Source of the DNA: a phage
Strand: one strand, 5' to 3'
Length of the DNA: 64,000 bases
Assembly: GCA_024614665.1 (NCBI GenBank)
Contig: GCA_024614665.1_4861.1
The position numbers and the translations under genes were made by a program. Shown here piece after piece: positions 37,238-47,800 of this stretch; the first letter of the stretch is position 1; every line of letters starts with the position of its first letter. Below the pieces are notes generated by a model. That model saw only the letters and a program-made list of their open reading frames with translations, did no database searches and was not told where the DNA came from.

Positions 37238-38966
37238 CGCCGTCAAGCATATTTTTGCGATTATTGCCTTTCACCAACGGGTTACGTTTGGCCAGGTTCA
37301 GTATCGTCTGCAGTGTAGCGGCAGCACCGCAACAACGCCGCACCAAAGACAGGTTACGTCGCAAGCCGACGAAGAGGTCTTCATCCCCGTCTGGGGAGAA
37401 TAACACCATCGAGAGTTCACGACCGTCGGTACGCAGGCCAGAAGGCTGATTAAGCTCATTCATGATGACTTCGCTAATCAGGTTAACGTATTCAACGTTA
37501 TCCTTGGTTGCTTTCTGGAACTGCTCCAACACTTTAATCGTGTTGTTAACCGCCTTATCCAGTGCACTGTAACGATTCAGGTTAGTCGCAGCGGTGTCGT
37601 TGGTAAAGCCTTGTTTACCTAACGTTACCACTACAGCCAGCAACTCACGTTCGTCACCAACCGATAACGTGCCTGCCTGACGCATTTGCTCTAAGCACTC
37701 GCGTCCCAAGAACGCAGATGCTTGTGCGTTGACCAATACCTTACCAGGCACGAAGTCCACACCATCGTCATGACCCACCAAACCACGAACTTTGTTTTCT
37801 GGGATAACGACCAAAGGTGCAGTAGCGTATTCGAATCCTTTGCGGGAAACGTCGCTGATGATGAAGTTCATCGTGGTGTTCAGCTGCGCTAACGCCTGAC
37901 CGAAAATAAGCGCGGTGTCGTGTGCTGCTTTGTTAACTTGCTTACCGTTGTGCGTGGTGGTTGAACCTTGCTGATTCTTAAAACCTTCGGCGACGCTTGG
38001 GTCAATCATCGCTTTAAAGGCACTCTGGAGCGAGCCAAAGTAACCGATAAGTTCGCTGGCAACATTCGACATCTGATGGAAGTTCAACAGGTTCGGAATA
38101 CGCACACCGGCTTCGCGAGCAGACTTCGGTAACGCCTGCCAGGCTTTCTTACCCACTTCAATCGGGTAGATACCGTACGTCACGTTGTGTTGTAACAGGG
38201 TGTCTAACAGATCGTGAATAACCTGCTGGCTTGACTGACGTTTCTTAGTGTAGCCTTTGAACAACTCAGTGAACGGCGAACGACCCAGCGCGCTGCTCAA
38301 GTCGTTCAGATACTCTTCCGCGTTCATGTTCGTAAACACTTCGTCGGCCATCGCGATAGCCAAGTTCAGGTTTTCCAGATCACGACCTTTCAGACCCTTA
38401 GAGGCTTCGATGTATGCATCTTTCACTGCGCTGATTTTCAACTGACCGATGATAGTGTTTTCGGTCTGGGAGAAACTCTCTGCTTTTTCGCCGACTTTCT
38501 CAGCGTAACCTTCGCCGTCGAATTCGCCATTACCAGCAAACCCGTTACCGTTGCTGATAATCCAACCGATGATTTTGATAATCGCGGTCATGATCAACAC
38601 AACCAATCCCACTTTACCTGCATTTGCCCAGGATTCGAGCGCAACAATAGTCTCTTTCTGGTGCGTGCGGGTATAGTTCGAAGTCAGGATTTTGCGAACG
38701 GCTTCGGGAATTGTACCTGGGCGAGAAGATTCAACAGCGACAGCGACATCTTTCGACAGACCTGCGCGACGCACTTCGTCAAGAATCGCGTCAATTTGCA
38801 GAATCAGTCGAGAGCCGTAGATTAAGTCAGCTTCGTTGCGTTGCATGTACAGATTGAGCTGGTTGACAGAATCAATACGCTCGGTCATACGTGAACGCAG
38901 GACTTCACCGATCTCCCCCAAACGCCATTTGGGGTGGGTGGCGTTACCTGTCATTTCCATGCTCAT
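37233..38966 (-). CDS. hypothetical protein (577 aa) with one predicted transmembrane segment
   Basis: ORF track; hydrophobic stretch VGLVVLIMTAIIKIIGWII. Confidence 0.55.
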   Translation of the reverse strand: MSMEMTGNATHPKWRLGEIGEVLRSRMTERIDSVNQLNLYMQRNEADLIYGSRLILQIDAILDEVRRAGLSKDVAVAVESSRPGTIPEAVRKILTSNYTRTHQKETIVALESWANAGKVGLVVLIMTAIIKIIGWIISNGNGFAGNGEFDGEGYAEKVGEKAESFSQTENTIIGQLKISAVKDAYIEASKGLKGRDLENLNLAIAMADEVFTNMNAEEYLNDLSSALGRSPFTELFKGYTKKRQSSQQVIHDLLDTLLQHNVTYGIYPIEVGKKAWQALPKSAREAGVRIPNLLNFHQMSNVASELIGYFGSLQSAFKAMIDPSVAEGFKNQQGSTTTHNGKQVNKAAHDTALIFGQALAQLNTTMNFIISDVSRKGFEYATAPLVVIPENKVRGLVGHDDGVDFVPGKVLVNAQASAFLGRECLEQMRQAGTLSVGDERELLAVVVTLGKQGFTNDTAATNLNRYSALDKAVNNTIKVLEQFQKATKDNVEYVNLISEVIMNELNQPSGLRTDGRELSMVLFSPDGDEDLFVGLRRNLSLVRRCCGAAATLQTILNLAKRNPLVKGNNRKNMLDGE

Positions 38967-39406
38967 GAAATTTGCCCTTTCAGTTCTGCCATGTAGAAAC
39001 CAACCACTTCCATAAAGCGGCTAATCCACAAACCGACGGTTTCCCAGATATCTTCACCGAGCGCCTGGTTGAAGATTTCACGAACAGAGAAACTTTCCAG
39101 GGCTTTAGCGCCGCCATACACGTTGCAGTAACGATTGCAGTACAGACCCACGGTCATGTCCTCAATCACGCCTAAATCAACACAGTACAGCTCGTTAACG
39201 TCGGAGACGATATTACGCATTACCGGACGTAAAAACGTCCCAGCGGCCTCTGCAGCGCCATATTGGCCATTATCAGCCAGTACCGCGTTATACGCCAGTG
39301 AGAAAGCAACCAGACCAGTCAAAGCACGCTGGGCGTGTACGCCTTTCCCTTCGTTGGTACGTTTGAAATCCAGTACCAGGTTATTTAAAGAAACTTTGTG
39401 CGTCAT
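38963..39406 (-). CDS. hypothetical protein (147 aa)
   Basis: ORF track; 4-nt overlap with downstream gene. Confidence 0.45.
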   Translation of the reverse strand: MTHKVSLNNLVLDFKRTNEGKGVHAQRALTGLVAFSLAYNAVLADNGQYGAAEAAGTFLRPVMRNIVSDVNELYCVDLGVIEDMTVGLYCNRYCNVYGGAKALESFSVREIFNQALGEDIWETVGLWISRFMEVVGFYMAELKGQIS

Positions 39407-39421
39407 GTTAAGTACCCTTAC

Positions 39422-40774
39422 TTAGGAAGAAGTCGCCTGACTAAGCTTCGCAGAAGCCACACGCAGGTCATTAGAAAGATAGCGCTCCATCGTACGCTGA
39501 TAATCCACCCCAGCACGCTCACGGCGACCGCCAGGGGTCAGCGTTTTCATGATGAAGCTAAAGACGTTGTCTTTGTCTTTCACGGTTTTCAGTAGTTCGT
39601 CGATAGACGCAATGCCCTGCAGAATACGTTTACGATGTTCGTTCGCTTCTTTCGTGGTGCTGCCTTTTAAGGTGTTCAGCTCCTCCACTAAGTTACGGCG
39701 CATCGTCTCAAAACGTTCCTGCGGCGGATCGTAGATGGTGTTGCGTGGGTCGTTCACAATCAGGCCGAACGCGACTGAGATAGTCGTGAAGAACAGACCA
39801 ACTGGATTAGTCGAAGCCACAATCAGCAGCGAAACGTTAAGCATCTCCAGCATCAGATGTACACCGTAGTTCATGTACGACGCGTTCCGGCAGAGATAGA
39901 ATTGGGACGTTTCGATTTTGTACAAGGCTGACGCCAGGTACGGGGCTGCACCAAAGCGAGCTGCGAAGTCATCTGCAGCACGTTCCCAGGTACGGTTAGC
40001 GAACCCTTCCGAACCGGTAACAAACGGACGCTCAAGCAGAATGTCTGTCACCAGATGCATGTAGATGTTCTCTTTAGACATCTCTTTGCAGATAGTTTCC
40101 GGCTGATTCACTTTGGTGTTCAGCATACGTTCAACGTCTTTTACGACTTTTAAACGCACTGTCGGGTCTTCTGTTTGCATCATGCGGTTCGCTGCAGCAT
40201 CCGCAATCAGGTTCGTTACCACCGTACGCATCAAGGTACGGAAATAGTAATAGACGTGACCGACTTCATGTAGAATAATCGCCGCGACTTCTAAATCCGT
40301 TAACTCGATACCTGTCAGTAGTTTCGGGGTCAGCCAAAGTGGGGACGGCACCTTGCTGAGTTCGCCTGAAAGCTTCGCATTTTTATCGTCGAACTCGCCG
40401 TTCAGCTCGTTCTCTTTTAAGAACTTACTGTAGACATCCAGGTCGGTGTTACCCTGCACCATCTTGCGTTGCAGGTCGGCGATGATTGGGTTGTTCGCGT
40501 CGAGCTTCGGTGGCTCCACACCCGCAAACACAACGTCCGCCACACCTAAGTCGGACCCGTTACGAGGCAGGACTGTAATACCGTTGTTGTCAAAGACCCA
40601 GGCAGCAATACCAGAACTCTGATAACCCGCTGGCGAGAAGTCGCCCGCATCACGGAACTTACGTACCACTTCCGCCAAAGAGGCGAGTTTCTTTTTATCT
40701 TGGAATCCGATGGACTCCGAGGCCACGGCTTTCGCGTCGGCCAACGAGGTTATGTGCTTTTGCCAGTGTCCCAT
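39422..40774 (-). CDS. putative zinc metallopeptidase (HExxH, M48-like)
   Basis: HEVGH motif (AIILHEVGHVYYYF) followed downstream by TWERAADDFAARFG resembling the M48-family E-x-x-A-D third-ligand motif; hydrophobic segment after it. Confidence 0.45.
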   Translation of the reverse strand: MGHWQKHITSLADAKAVASESIGFQDKKKLASLAEVVRKFRDAGDFSPAGYQSSGIAAWVFDNNGITVLPRNGSDLGVADVVFAGVEPPKLDANNPIIADLQRKMVQGNTDLDVYSKFLKENELNGEFDDKNAKLSGELSKVPSPLWLTPKLLTGIELTDLEVAAIILHEVGHVYYYFRTLMRTVVTNLIADAAANRMMQTEDPTVRLKVVKDVERMLNTKVNQPETICKEMSKENIYMHLVTDILLERPFVTGSEGFANRTWERAADDFAARFGAAPYLASALYKIETSQFYLCRNASYMNYGVHLMLEMLNVSLLIVASTNPVGLFFTTISVAFGLIVNDPRNTIYDPPQERFETMRRNLVEELNTLKGSTTKEANEHRKRILQGIASIDELLKTVKDKDNVFSFIMKTLTPGGRRERAGVDYQRTMERYLSNDLRVASAKLSQATSS

Positions 40775-40844
40775 TTAGACGTTCCTTTTAGAAAATACGT
40801 TACCCACAAATCAGTATAGCAGACACCATATTTGAGAGTAGACC

Positions 40845-42629
40845 ATGGAAATCAATACCTATTACGCACCCGAGGATGTCATCGCTAAAGAGTGCAAGCA
40901 CGTCGCTTATGCGACGGACGAAGAAAAAGAAAATGACTTTGTCCTCATCAAAGAGGTCATCCATACTAAGGATGGCAGGCTTATCCCGCGCTTGGTAATG
41001 CGTGAGAATTTAAAGCGTCCGGTGTACGTTACCCGTGAAGAATATCGTAACCACCAGGAGAAAAAGGAGTTCGAAGAAAAAGGAAAATGTCAAGAACTCT
41101 GGACTACTGATGCGCAGATGGCGAAGACGTTGCAGATGGGTTTAGGTGCACGTTTCCCTGACCCGAAAAAGAACCTGAGGCGTGTTTGTACTAGCCCGTA
41201 CGTTTATTGGGCCGACTTACCGATTACCAGCTGGATTAAACAGAAATACTTAAAGCGTTGGCCAAACAACATCAGTCCTAACCGTCTTTGTGTATACGAC
41301 GTAGAGACCAACGAAATGGACGGCACGAAGGAACCGTGGATCGTGTCATTTATCTTAGACGACGAAATCCATTTCTTTGGTGCTAAGAACTACATGGACC
41401 GCATCGGTAAAAACGCGGAAGAAGTCATTCTCAAAAAAGCGCAGGAACTCTTAAGCAAAATCGAATTCGATGAGAAAGACAAAAAGACTGGCGAAAAGGT
41501 GACAAAGACCAAAGACATTATCAGTGGTTATAAAATCTTCACCTATACCTGCGCTACAGCAGGGCAGTGCATCGTCAGGATGTTCGAAGAAATTCATCCG
41601 CGTCTTCCTGATTTGCTGGTCGCATGGAACCACCAGTTCGATATTTCACGCATGTTAGAAACCTTGCAGAAAGAAGGCATCGATCCACTGGGCGTCTTTA
41701 ACCATCCGGATGTGCCGGAGAAATACCGTCGTCTGTGGTTTAAAGAAGACCAGGCGAACAAAAAGACAGAATCCAAGTCACTCACCAAAGCACCGTCACA
41801 ACAGTGGCACGTACTCTACTGTACTGCGTCTTTCTACTGTGTGGATGCCATGGTGTTATTCCGTTCGTTGCGTGTCCACGAAGGCCAACGTCCTTCGTAC
41901 AAGTTATCTGCCATACTGTACACCGAACTCGGTTTACACAAACTCGACATTCCTGGCCTGCCGTATGAAGATAACCTGCAATGGCACATAAAAGCACAAC
42001 GGGACTACCCTGCCGAATACGCCGTATACAACATGATGGATAACTTGTTAATTGTGTTGTTGGATAAGAAGACGAACGACTTGTCTTCAGCAATATCCAT
42101 TCTGGCAGGTTTCTCGATGTACGATATCTTCCCGTCGCTACCAAAACGTATCTGTGTGGCCTTTACCTATTATCTGTATGACAAAGGATACGTCATCGGC
42201 TCCGTAGGATCTGCAATGCGTAACGATTACGATGAAGAGGTTATCGGTACAGACGGTTGGATTGTTACCCTGACAGCATGTATGAATGCTGAGAACGGTC
42301 TGAATAACATTCTGGAGGAGATTGACGAATATTACTCTGCGTTCCGTGGTCAAACTGCGGATGCGGACTTAACCCAGGCCTACCCTTCGGCCACAAACAT
42401 GATGAACCAGTCTCGTGAGACCACACTCATTGAACTGCTGTCCATCAATGGGGTTAGTGAAGAGATTCGACGTCGCACGGGCGTCAACTTAACTGCTGGG
42501 CGAGTTAATGCCATGGAAATAGCGACAGACTTCTTCTGCTTACCGGACAAAGACACTGTCCTGTCTACGTTCTTACGTAAGCAAGGGGAAGTAGTGACAG
42601 AGCCTATGGAGTACATCTGCGGGTTCTAA
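40845..42629 (+). CDS. DEDD-type 3'-5' exonuclease domain protein (possible DNA polymerase fragment), 594 aa
   Basis: Exo I-like CVYDVETNEMDG, Exo II-like AWNHQFDISRML, Exo III-like YNMMD in correct order; no clear polymerase motifs seen. Confidence 0.4.
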   Translation: MEINTYYAPEDVIAKECKHVAYATDEEKENDFVLIKEVIHTKDGRLIPRLVMRENLKRPVYVTREEYRNHQEKKEFEEKGKCQELWTTDAQMAKTLQMGLGARFPDPKKNLRRVCTSPYVYWADLPITSWIKQKYLKRWPNNISPNRLCVYDVETNEMDGTKEPWIVSFILDDEIHFFGAKNYMDRIGKNAEEVILKKAQELLSKIEFDEKDKKTGEKVTKTKDIISGYKIFTYTCATAGQCIVRMFEEIHPRLPDLLVAWNHQFDISRMLETLQKEGIDPLGVFNHPDVPEKYRRLWFKEDQANKKTESKSLTKAPSQQWHVLYCTASFYCVDAMVLFRSLRVHEGQRPSYKLSAILYTELGLHKLDIPGLPYEDNLQWHIKAQRDYPAEYAVYNMMDNLLIVLLDKKTNDLSSAISILAGFSMYDIFPSLPKRICVAFTYYLYDKGYVIGSVGSAMRNDYDEEVIGTDGWIVTLTACMNAENGLNNILEEIDEYYSAFRGQTADADLTQAYPSATNMMNQSRETTLIELLSINGVSEEIRRRTGVNLTAGRVNAMEIATDFFCLPDKDTVLSTFLRKQGEVVTEPMEYICGF

Positions 42630-42680
42630 AACAAAAAAAGAAAGGCCTCTCTACCCTAGGGTAGAGAGGTACTTTTATTT
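42629..42680. terminator. bidirectional intrinsic terminator
   Basis: A-tract, stem cctctctaccc/ggtagagagg, T-tract tacttttattt; between convergent genes. Confidence 0.65.
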
Positions 42681-43179
42681 AGCCGCCAAAGGCGTGCATA
42701 ACCAGCGAACGGAGGTCCGGGTCGTTCAAGCGACGGGCCAGACGGTCAACATCGTTGGTATCACGGAAACGACCTTTATCGGCGCAGCGTGCGTAACGAA
42801 TCAGCATGTTAATAAAGATAACGAAGACTTCACGCTCGTCACGATTCGGGAAGTTCTCACTGATACGGTTATTAGCAGCCGGTGCGTAGAAAATACCGTT
42901 ACGGTGCTTATTAGCCGCTTCTACAAAGGCGTAGAAACCATCCAGGAAGGCCTGACCGCGCAGTTTAAACAGCTCACGGAAAGAGTGATGCAGCTTATTA
43001 TACGCATCTTTCTCAGCCTGGGTACCAGATGCTTTACGTGGGCCGGCGTTGTTACCTGCTTCATCGAGCATCGTGGTGATCAGTTTAACACGATATTGGT
43101 CGTCGTTGCTGTAAGAAGCGCTATCACGGACCACGCCTTCTGTACGCGGGTCAAGGGTAGTAGTGTCTTTCTTAGTCAT
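42679..43179 (-). CDS. hypothetical protein (about 166 aa)
   Basis: Track ORF 42679..43254; in-frame ATG 43179 preceded by AAGGA. Confidence 0.45.
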   Translation of the reverse strand: MTKKDTTTLDPRTEGVVRDSASYSNDDQYRVKLITTMLDEAGNNAGPRKASGTQAEKDAYNKLHHSFRELFKLRGQAFLDGFYAFVEAANKHRNGIFYAPAANNRISENFPNRDEREVFVIFINMLIRYARCADKGRFRDTNDVDRLARRLNDPDLRSLVMHAFGG

Positions 43180-43192
43180 GAGGAAACAATCC

Positions 43193-44491
43193 TTAGGTGA
43201 TGTGGAATTTAGGGATGTACTCTTTAACCACGGTTTCACGACCGTGCATCGCACCCATTGCAGTGGTCATAACGTTCGAGAAGCCGGATGAGATATCCGC
43301 AGCGATTGCCCGTGGCTCTTCTGCTTTGTGTGCAGAGGCGCACGCCGCACAACAGTCTACGTGACCTTGCTGACATAAGATGGGTCGGCGGAGTCGAACA
43401 ACTTTACCGAATTGCGTTTTCAAATACTCTTCGGTGAGTTGGGTAACTTTACCGTTAATCATCGCGTTCATGCCAACATAACGCTTGTAGTTATACTGGT
43501 TAATTACAAGTGCATGAGTCAGTTTTGTCCCGCAATCTCCAGGCACGATTTTGTGGTTCTGGAAGATCATCTGGATGATACGTACCTGCTCACCACCCTT
43601 AGCGGTTTCTGCACCACGCATGAAGGAACCTTCACGAGTGTCATTGAACTTCTCTACCAGGTACTTCATCCCGGTCTGATCAACTTCCATCAGACTCGTT
43701 GGGATTAAGGTAAAATCTGCACCTTCTTTAAAAGCGGTCTGAATACCATACATCAGCATCAGCTTACGGCGACGCATACGCGCTTTAGGCGAGCTGTAGA
43801 ACTCAACGGACTGGTCGCCACTCAACCACTCTTTATCAAGTTCGTCGAGAGCTTTTTCAATCATAACGATAACCGCAGGGTTATCCAGTTCGTCTTTGTG
43901 CTTCAACAGCAACGCATCACGTACCTTATACGCGTCAGGATGCGTTGTAAGGCTTCTAATTGTTCCTGTTGGGGCAATCCCACGACACAACGGAGCAAGC
44001 TCGTGTAGACCCCCTACAAAGCGTCCTATCATGTATGGCCGAATCGCGTCTTCGTTGTCTGGATCGGTGTCATCGTATTCCACACATCGTTCGTACATCT
44101 CCTTACGGTAGGCTAGCGGGTCACGGGACTCTGCCAGATACGGGAGACGGGTACCGAATGCGTAATAGATAGCAATCCAGTTAAAGACATAGCGACCCAC
44201 GGTAGTCGGAATGGGACCAGCTAGACCTGGGTACATCTCAGGACGCAATTCAAACTGCTCTTCCGGCACGAACAGCTCTTCATCTTTTTTGCACCCTTCA
44301 ATCGGCACCCATTTAATTTCTTCGTTTTCCCAGTAGTGGGGCAAGCCGTCAATGTAGTTCAGGTCGTATTGCTCAGGTGGCTCACCTTTTTCATTAAAGA
44401 TTGCCACGTTGAAAACCGCAATACGCCACACCAGTCTACGCCAAGCTTCTGCTTTACACGCAGCGACCAGATAATCAATCTTGTTCATCAT
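43193..44491 (-). CDS. hypothetical protein (432 aa) with C-terminal cysteine cluster
   Basis: ORF track; tandem ATGs with GGAGGTAG RBS; C-terminal CQQGHVDCCAACASAH. Confidence 0.55.
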   Translation of the reverse strand: MMNKIDYLVAACKAEAWRRLVWRIAVFNVAIFNEKGEPPEQYDLNYIDGLPHYWENEEIKWVPIEGCKKDEELFVPEEQFELRPEMYPGLAGPIPTTVGRYVFNWIAIYYAFGTRLPYLAESRDPLAYRKEMYERCVEYDDTDPDNEDAIRPYMIGRFVGGLHELAPLCRGIAPTGTIRSLTTHPDAYKVRDALLLKHKDELDNPAVIVMIEKALDELDKEWLSGDQSVEFYSSPKARMRRRKLMLMYGIQTAFKEGADFTLIPTSLMEVDQTGMKYLVEKFNDTREGSFMRGAETAKGGEQVRIIQMIFQNHKIVPGDCGTKLTHALVINQYNYKRYVGMNAMINGKVTQLTEEYLKTQFGKVVRLRRPILCQQGHVDCCAACASAHKAEEPRAIAADISSGFSNVMTTAMGAMHGRETVVKEYIPKFHIT

Positions 44492-45359
44492 CTACCTCCG
44501 CGTCCCCACTAGCGTATATGACTTTCAACGCTTCCAATCCTTTCCGCAAGATTTCTCCAGGCGGGACGTTGTCGACGTTCAACAGGGCAAGGTTCTTTTC
44601 TAAGTCACCGTAAGCCCCATCAAACTCCGCATGAGGAATAATCGATAAGCCCACCGCATACATCGTCAGCAAATCAATTTCGCTAACATCTTCTACGCGA
44701 AACTCTAACGACTGCTGCACCACCGTTAAGTCTGGCTCAGCAGGCAGATTCATAAAGACAAACGCTGACGGGTTCTCAGGGAACAACCGCAAGTAAGCGA
44801 CGATACGCTCTTGGCGCTCATCGTCGCTGTTTCGTTTCTGGCTTTCCAACGACTCTGCTGCTAAGAAGTTTTCCATCACGGTAAGCACGCGTGGGCTGAC
44901 AACAGTAATCAGGTCTTCGAAGTGCAGGTTTTCGTCACCGTAAACATAACGACACATGTTCTCCAGGATATACTCTGGTGTCTCACCAGAGGAGACAATC
45001 CCGTAAAGGGCATCACTGTCTTCGAACTCCTCGAAGGCTTCCAACACACCGTGAAGGATACGTACGGTTTCTTTCGGTTTCTGGAAGACGATTTGTGGAT
45101 TAAGTCCGATACCGAGGCGGTTGCCTAATCCAACCGCTACCTTCACGATAATGGATTCCAGACGGACAGTTTCGTCCGCGTGGTCAGACAACGGGTTGCT
45201 ATAAACATCGGATAACGCCACATCGTAACCGTAATCCATACCGAGCGTCACTAAATCTAGCATCGGTGCTGCACGACCTTCGTGACGGTTGACTGTCAAT
45301 ACAGCCGCATAGTCGGTATAAATATCAATCATGGCTCTGTTCCATAGTGAAAAGGGCAT
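44475..45359 (-). CDS. hypothetical protein (294 aa)
   Basis: ORF track. Confidence 0.5.
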   Translation of the reverse strand: MPFSLWNRAMIDIYTDYAAVLTVNRHEGRAAPMLDLVTLGMDYGYDVALSDVYSNPLSDHADETVRLESIIVKVAVGLGNRLGIGLNPQIVFQKPKETVRILHGVLEAFEEFEDSDALYGIVSSGETPEYILENMCRYVYGDENLHFEDLITVVSPRVLTVMENFLAAESLESQKRNSDDERQERIVAYLRLFPENPSAFVFMNLPAEPDLTVVQQSLEFRVEDVSEIDLLTMYAVGLSIIPHAEFDGAYGDLEKNLALLNVDNVPPGEILRKGLEALKVIYASGDAEVDDEQD

Positions 45360-45373
45360 TCATACCAAGGCGA

Positions 45374-45405
45374 ATAAAAAAAAAGAAAACGGGGCCGAAG
45401 CCCCG
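45374..45405 (-). terminator. intrinsic terminator (minus strand)
   Basis: Plus-strand A9 tract then stem cggggc/gccccg with CGAA loop; follows stop of gene 45414..45785. Confidence 0.6.
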
Positions 45406-45413
45406 AATTTCTA

Positions 45414-45785
45414 TTAATGTCCCGTCAGATCTTTCTCCAGCTCTTTTAGCGCACGTTCACCTGCCACCTGTTCGCCGGCTTTGGCGATAATCGCTTTGCG
45501 ACGACGGATATTGTCGAGCATCAGCAGTATCTGCCAGCGGGGGCGGTCGAGGAACTCGTCTATCGACATCCGGTAGTTTTCACCGACCTCTTCACGTAAG
45601 TAAGTGGCGTACCAGATATCGTAAAGACTACCGTATACCGGGTTTTCAAAATCCGACAATCCTACCTGATGGTCGCCGGTATTAAGAGCCAGTGTACGGT
45701 CATACGCTTCCAGAAGCTCGTTATGGGCTTCCTGATACGTAATAGGACGTGTGCTACGCTGCTTGAAGAGAGAGGTGGTATCCAT
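45414..45785 (-). CDS. hypothetical protein (123 aa)
   Basis: ORF track. Confidence 0.45.
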   Translation of the reverse strand: MDTTSLFKQRSTRPITYQEAHNELLEAYDRTLALNTGDHQVGLSDFENPVYGSLYDIWYATYLREEVGENYRMSIDEFLDRPRWQILLMLDNIRRRKAIIAKAGEQVAGERALKELEKDLTGH

Positions 45786-45829
45786 CTTGAGCGTTGTAAT
45801 GATTTGCTCGGACGGAACGTCTTCCTGGT

Positions 45830-47800
45830 CTAGCCAATATCGGCGTATTGATCCAGCAAGAATTTCTGAATCTCGGACACCACTCGAGAGAGCACGAAAA
45901 AAACCCTGTCCGGACTGATGGTAACAATACCACGATACAGACCGTCTTTCTCGCCGTGTGTTTTACCACACGCCGGGCAGCGTTTACCCATGTAACCGAA
46001 TACCGCTAAACGTGTACGTTCGTTGTATTCAGCAATCGCGTTTTCAAACTGACCAACGTAGATACGGTCGGAAGACAGCTCTTCCAACATCTCAACGATT
46101 TTCGCTGTGTCGGTTTCAGTTTGTGGGATAACCTGCATTTCACCGTTTACTTCACGTTGCTCATTAACGGTGATAGATTTCACCATGTGAGCGTAACGCG
46201 TTAAGCGACGGGCTTCTGCAGTTAAACGCATATGGGATTCACGTTCACGCTCGGTAGCAAATTCAGACAGCGCTGCCGTAGTTGACGCGTTAACGTCTTC
46301 AATCCACTTCTCGGTGGAGTCAAAGAAGCTACCCAGGGTAGAACGGCCAAATTCAACACGCACGTCGTGGTATTCAAATACCGAAGATGGGTCAACCTGA
46401 TGCGCCGCGATATATTCGCGCTGTTCTGCAATAGAAATCACTGGACGCTCAGTACCGCGTTGACGTGCCCACAATTGTTTCTGCAGGTCGCTAAACAGAC
46501 CGGAACCGAAACGGATACAGCGTGCGATATTCAGCTTCACATCTTCCTGCTGAGTACAACCGTCCTCACCACACATCAGCGTCCAAGGAATACCAGACGG
46601 CCACTTCGCCTGCAACGGACCCAGAATAACCAACCAGTAGTCAGCCAGATCAATGGTATCCAACAGCACCGTACGCAGATCGTTTCCCGCACAATCGATG
46701 GTTGCTTCGGTAACAAACTGAAGTGCGAATTCAACCATGTGGCGCATGTACACGCCAGACGACGACGACAGCATCAATCCGTAGGTCTGCATACCGATGG
46801 TCGCAGTTTCCAGCGTTAGACGCATGTCGAAGTCACAAAGGTCGCGTTCATGCGGTGCGCGGAAGCCCACGTAGATACCTGTGGCCGGCAACCAAACCAT
46901 GTTCGGAATACCCGATTTACGTACACGACGCAAAGCAGCCAGCGCGCCAGTGTGCATATTGTCACGCGGTGCAATAGCACCAGATGCCTTGCCGTCCGGC
47001 AACATCACGCGCTGTTCCCAAGCGGTATCACCACGGTCCAGTGCACCCGCGAATGCCGGTACGCCGTCCTGTAGACGTGGCGGGGTCATGTTCAAAGCAC
47101 GATAGATGTCGTCGTAAACCTGTTGCTGTTCAGGGCTTTCGAATAGCAGCCGGCCGTCTTTCGGTGAACGTTTAATATTACCGAGGAACTTTTGCAGGGA
47201 GTCTGCAATGATGTTAGGGTCTTGTTTCAGACCAATCAACATCTTCGACTGTGTCAGAATACGATCGGCTTCATCTTCACCCATTTCGGCGGTTTCAGCT
47301 AAATGGGTATTACCGAAGTCAATCTCACGCATCTGTTGTTGTTCCGGAACCTTCGGTGCTGCATCTTCCATTTCTTTTACAGCCGGCTGTGCCGGTGCAA
47401 CCGCTTCTGGAGCTTTTGGCTGCGGAGCAGGTTCTACCGCAGGCGCTTTCTCTACCACCGGTTCCGGGGCACGATGCAAGTGCTCCTGCACCTGTTCAGA
47501 GAAAGTCTGAGCTGCCGGTGATACAGGAGCAGCAGGTTCAGGCAACGCCTCTTCTACAAACGTCGGACGCTCAAGCTTAGGCTCCGGACGATGGTAGTGT
47601 TGGTGATAAACTTCTTCTGCACGGGCAAAAGAAAAATCGGGATTGGCTTGTTTAATAGCCATGATGATTGCATCCGAGGTCGCGTCATCAGGCACGGTCG
47701 GAAGAATCATCTCTTGTTGGGTAGCAGCCGCCACAGGGGCTGGCTGGTCGGGATTAGGGCGACGGGCATTACCCGGACGCTGATCTTGGATCTCAGACAT
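45830..47800 (-). CDS. hypothetical protein (656 aa) with Pro/Ala-rich N-terminal linker
   Basis: ORF track; low-complexity PEPAAPVSPAA...APAVEPAPQPKAPEAVAPAQPA; C-terminal CPACGKT. Confidence 0.55.
   Translation of the reverse strand: MSEIQDQRPGNARRPNPDQPAPVAAATQQEMILPTVPDDATSDAIIMAIKQANPDFSFARAEEVYHQHYHRPEPKLERPTFVEEALPEPAAPVSPAAQTFSEQVQEHLHRAPEPVVEKAPAVEPAPQPKAPEAVAPAQPAVKEMEDAAPKVPEQQQMREIDFGNTHLAETAEMGEDEADRILTQSKMLIGLKQDPNIIADSLQKFLGNIKRSPKDGRLLFESPEQQQVYDDIYRALNMTPPRLQDGVPAFAGALDRGDTAWEQRVMLPDGKASGAIAPRDNMHTGALAALRRVRKSGIPNMVWLPATGIYVGFRAPHERDLCDFDMRLTLETATIGMQTYGLMLSSSSGVYMRHMVEFALQFVTEATIDCAGNDLRTVLLDTIDLADYWLVILGPLQAKWPSGIPWTLMCGEDGCTQQEDVKLNIARCIRFGSGLFSDLQKQLWARQRGTERPVISIAEQREYIAAHQVDPSSVFEYHDVRVEFGRSTLGSFFDSTEKWIEDVNASTTAALSEFATERERESHMRLTAEARRLTRYAHMVKSITVNEQREVNGEMQVIPQTETDTAKIVEMLEELSSDRIYVGQFENAIAEYNERTRLAVFGYMGKRCPACGKTHGEKDGLYRGIVTISPDRVFFVLSRVVSEIQKFLLDQYADIG

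Noticed and set aside
43182-43205. tcacctaagg (minus sense) resembling the start of the 26-bp type B repeat
   Set aside because: Only about 9 nt match, in the opposite orientation, and it overlaps an RBS; judged coincidental.
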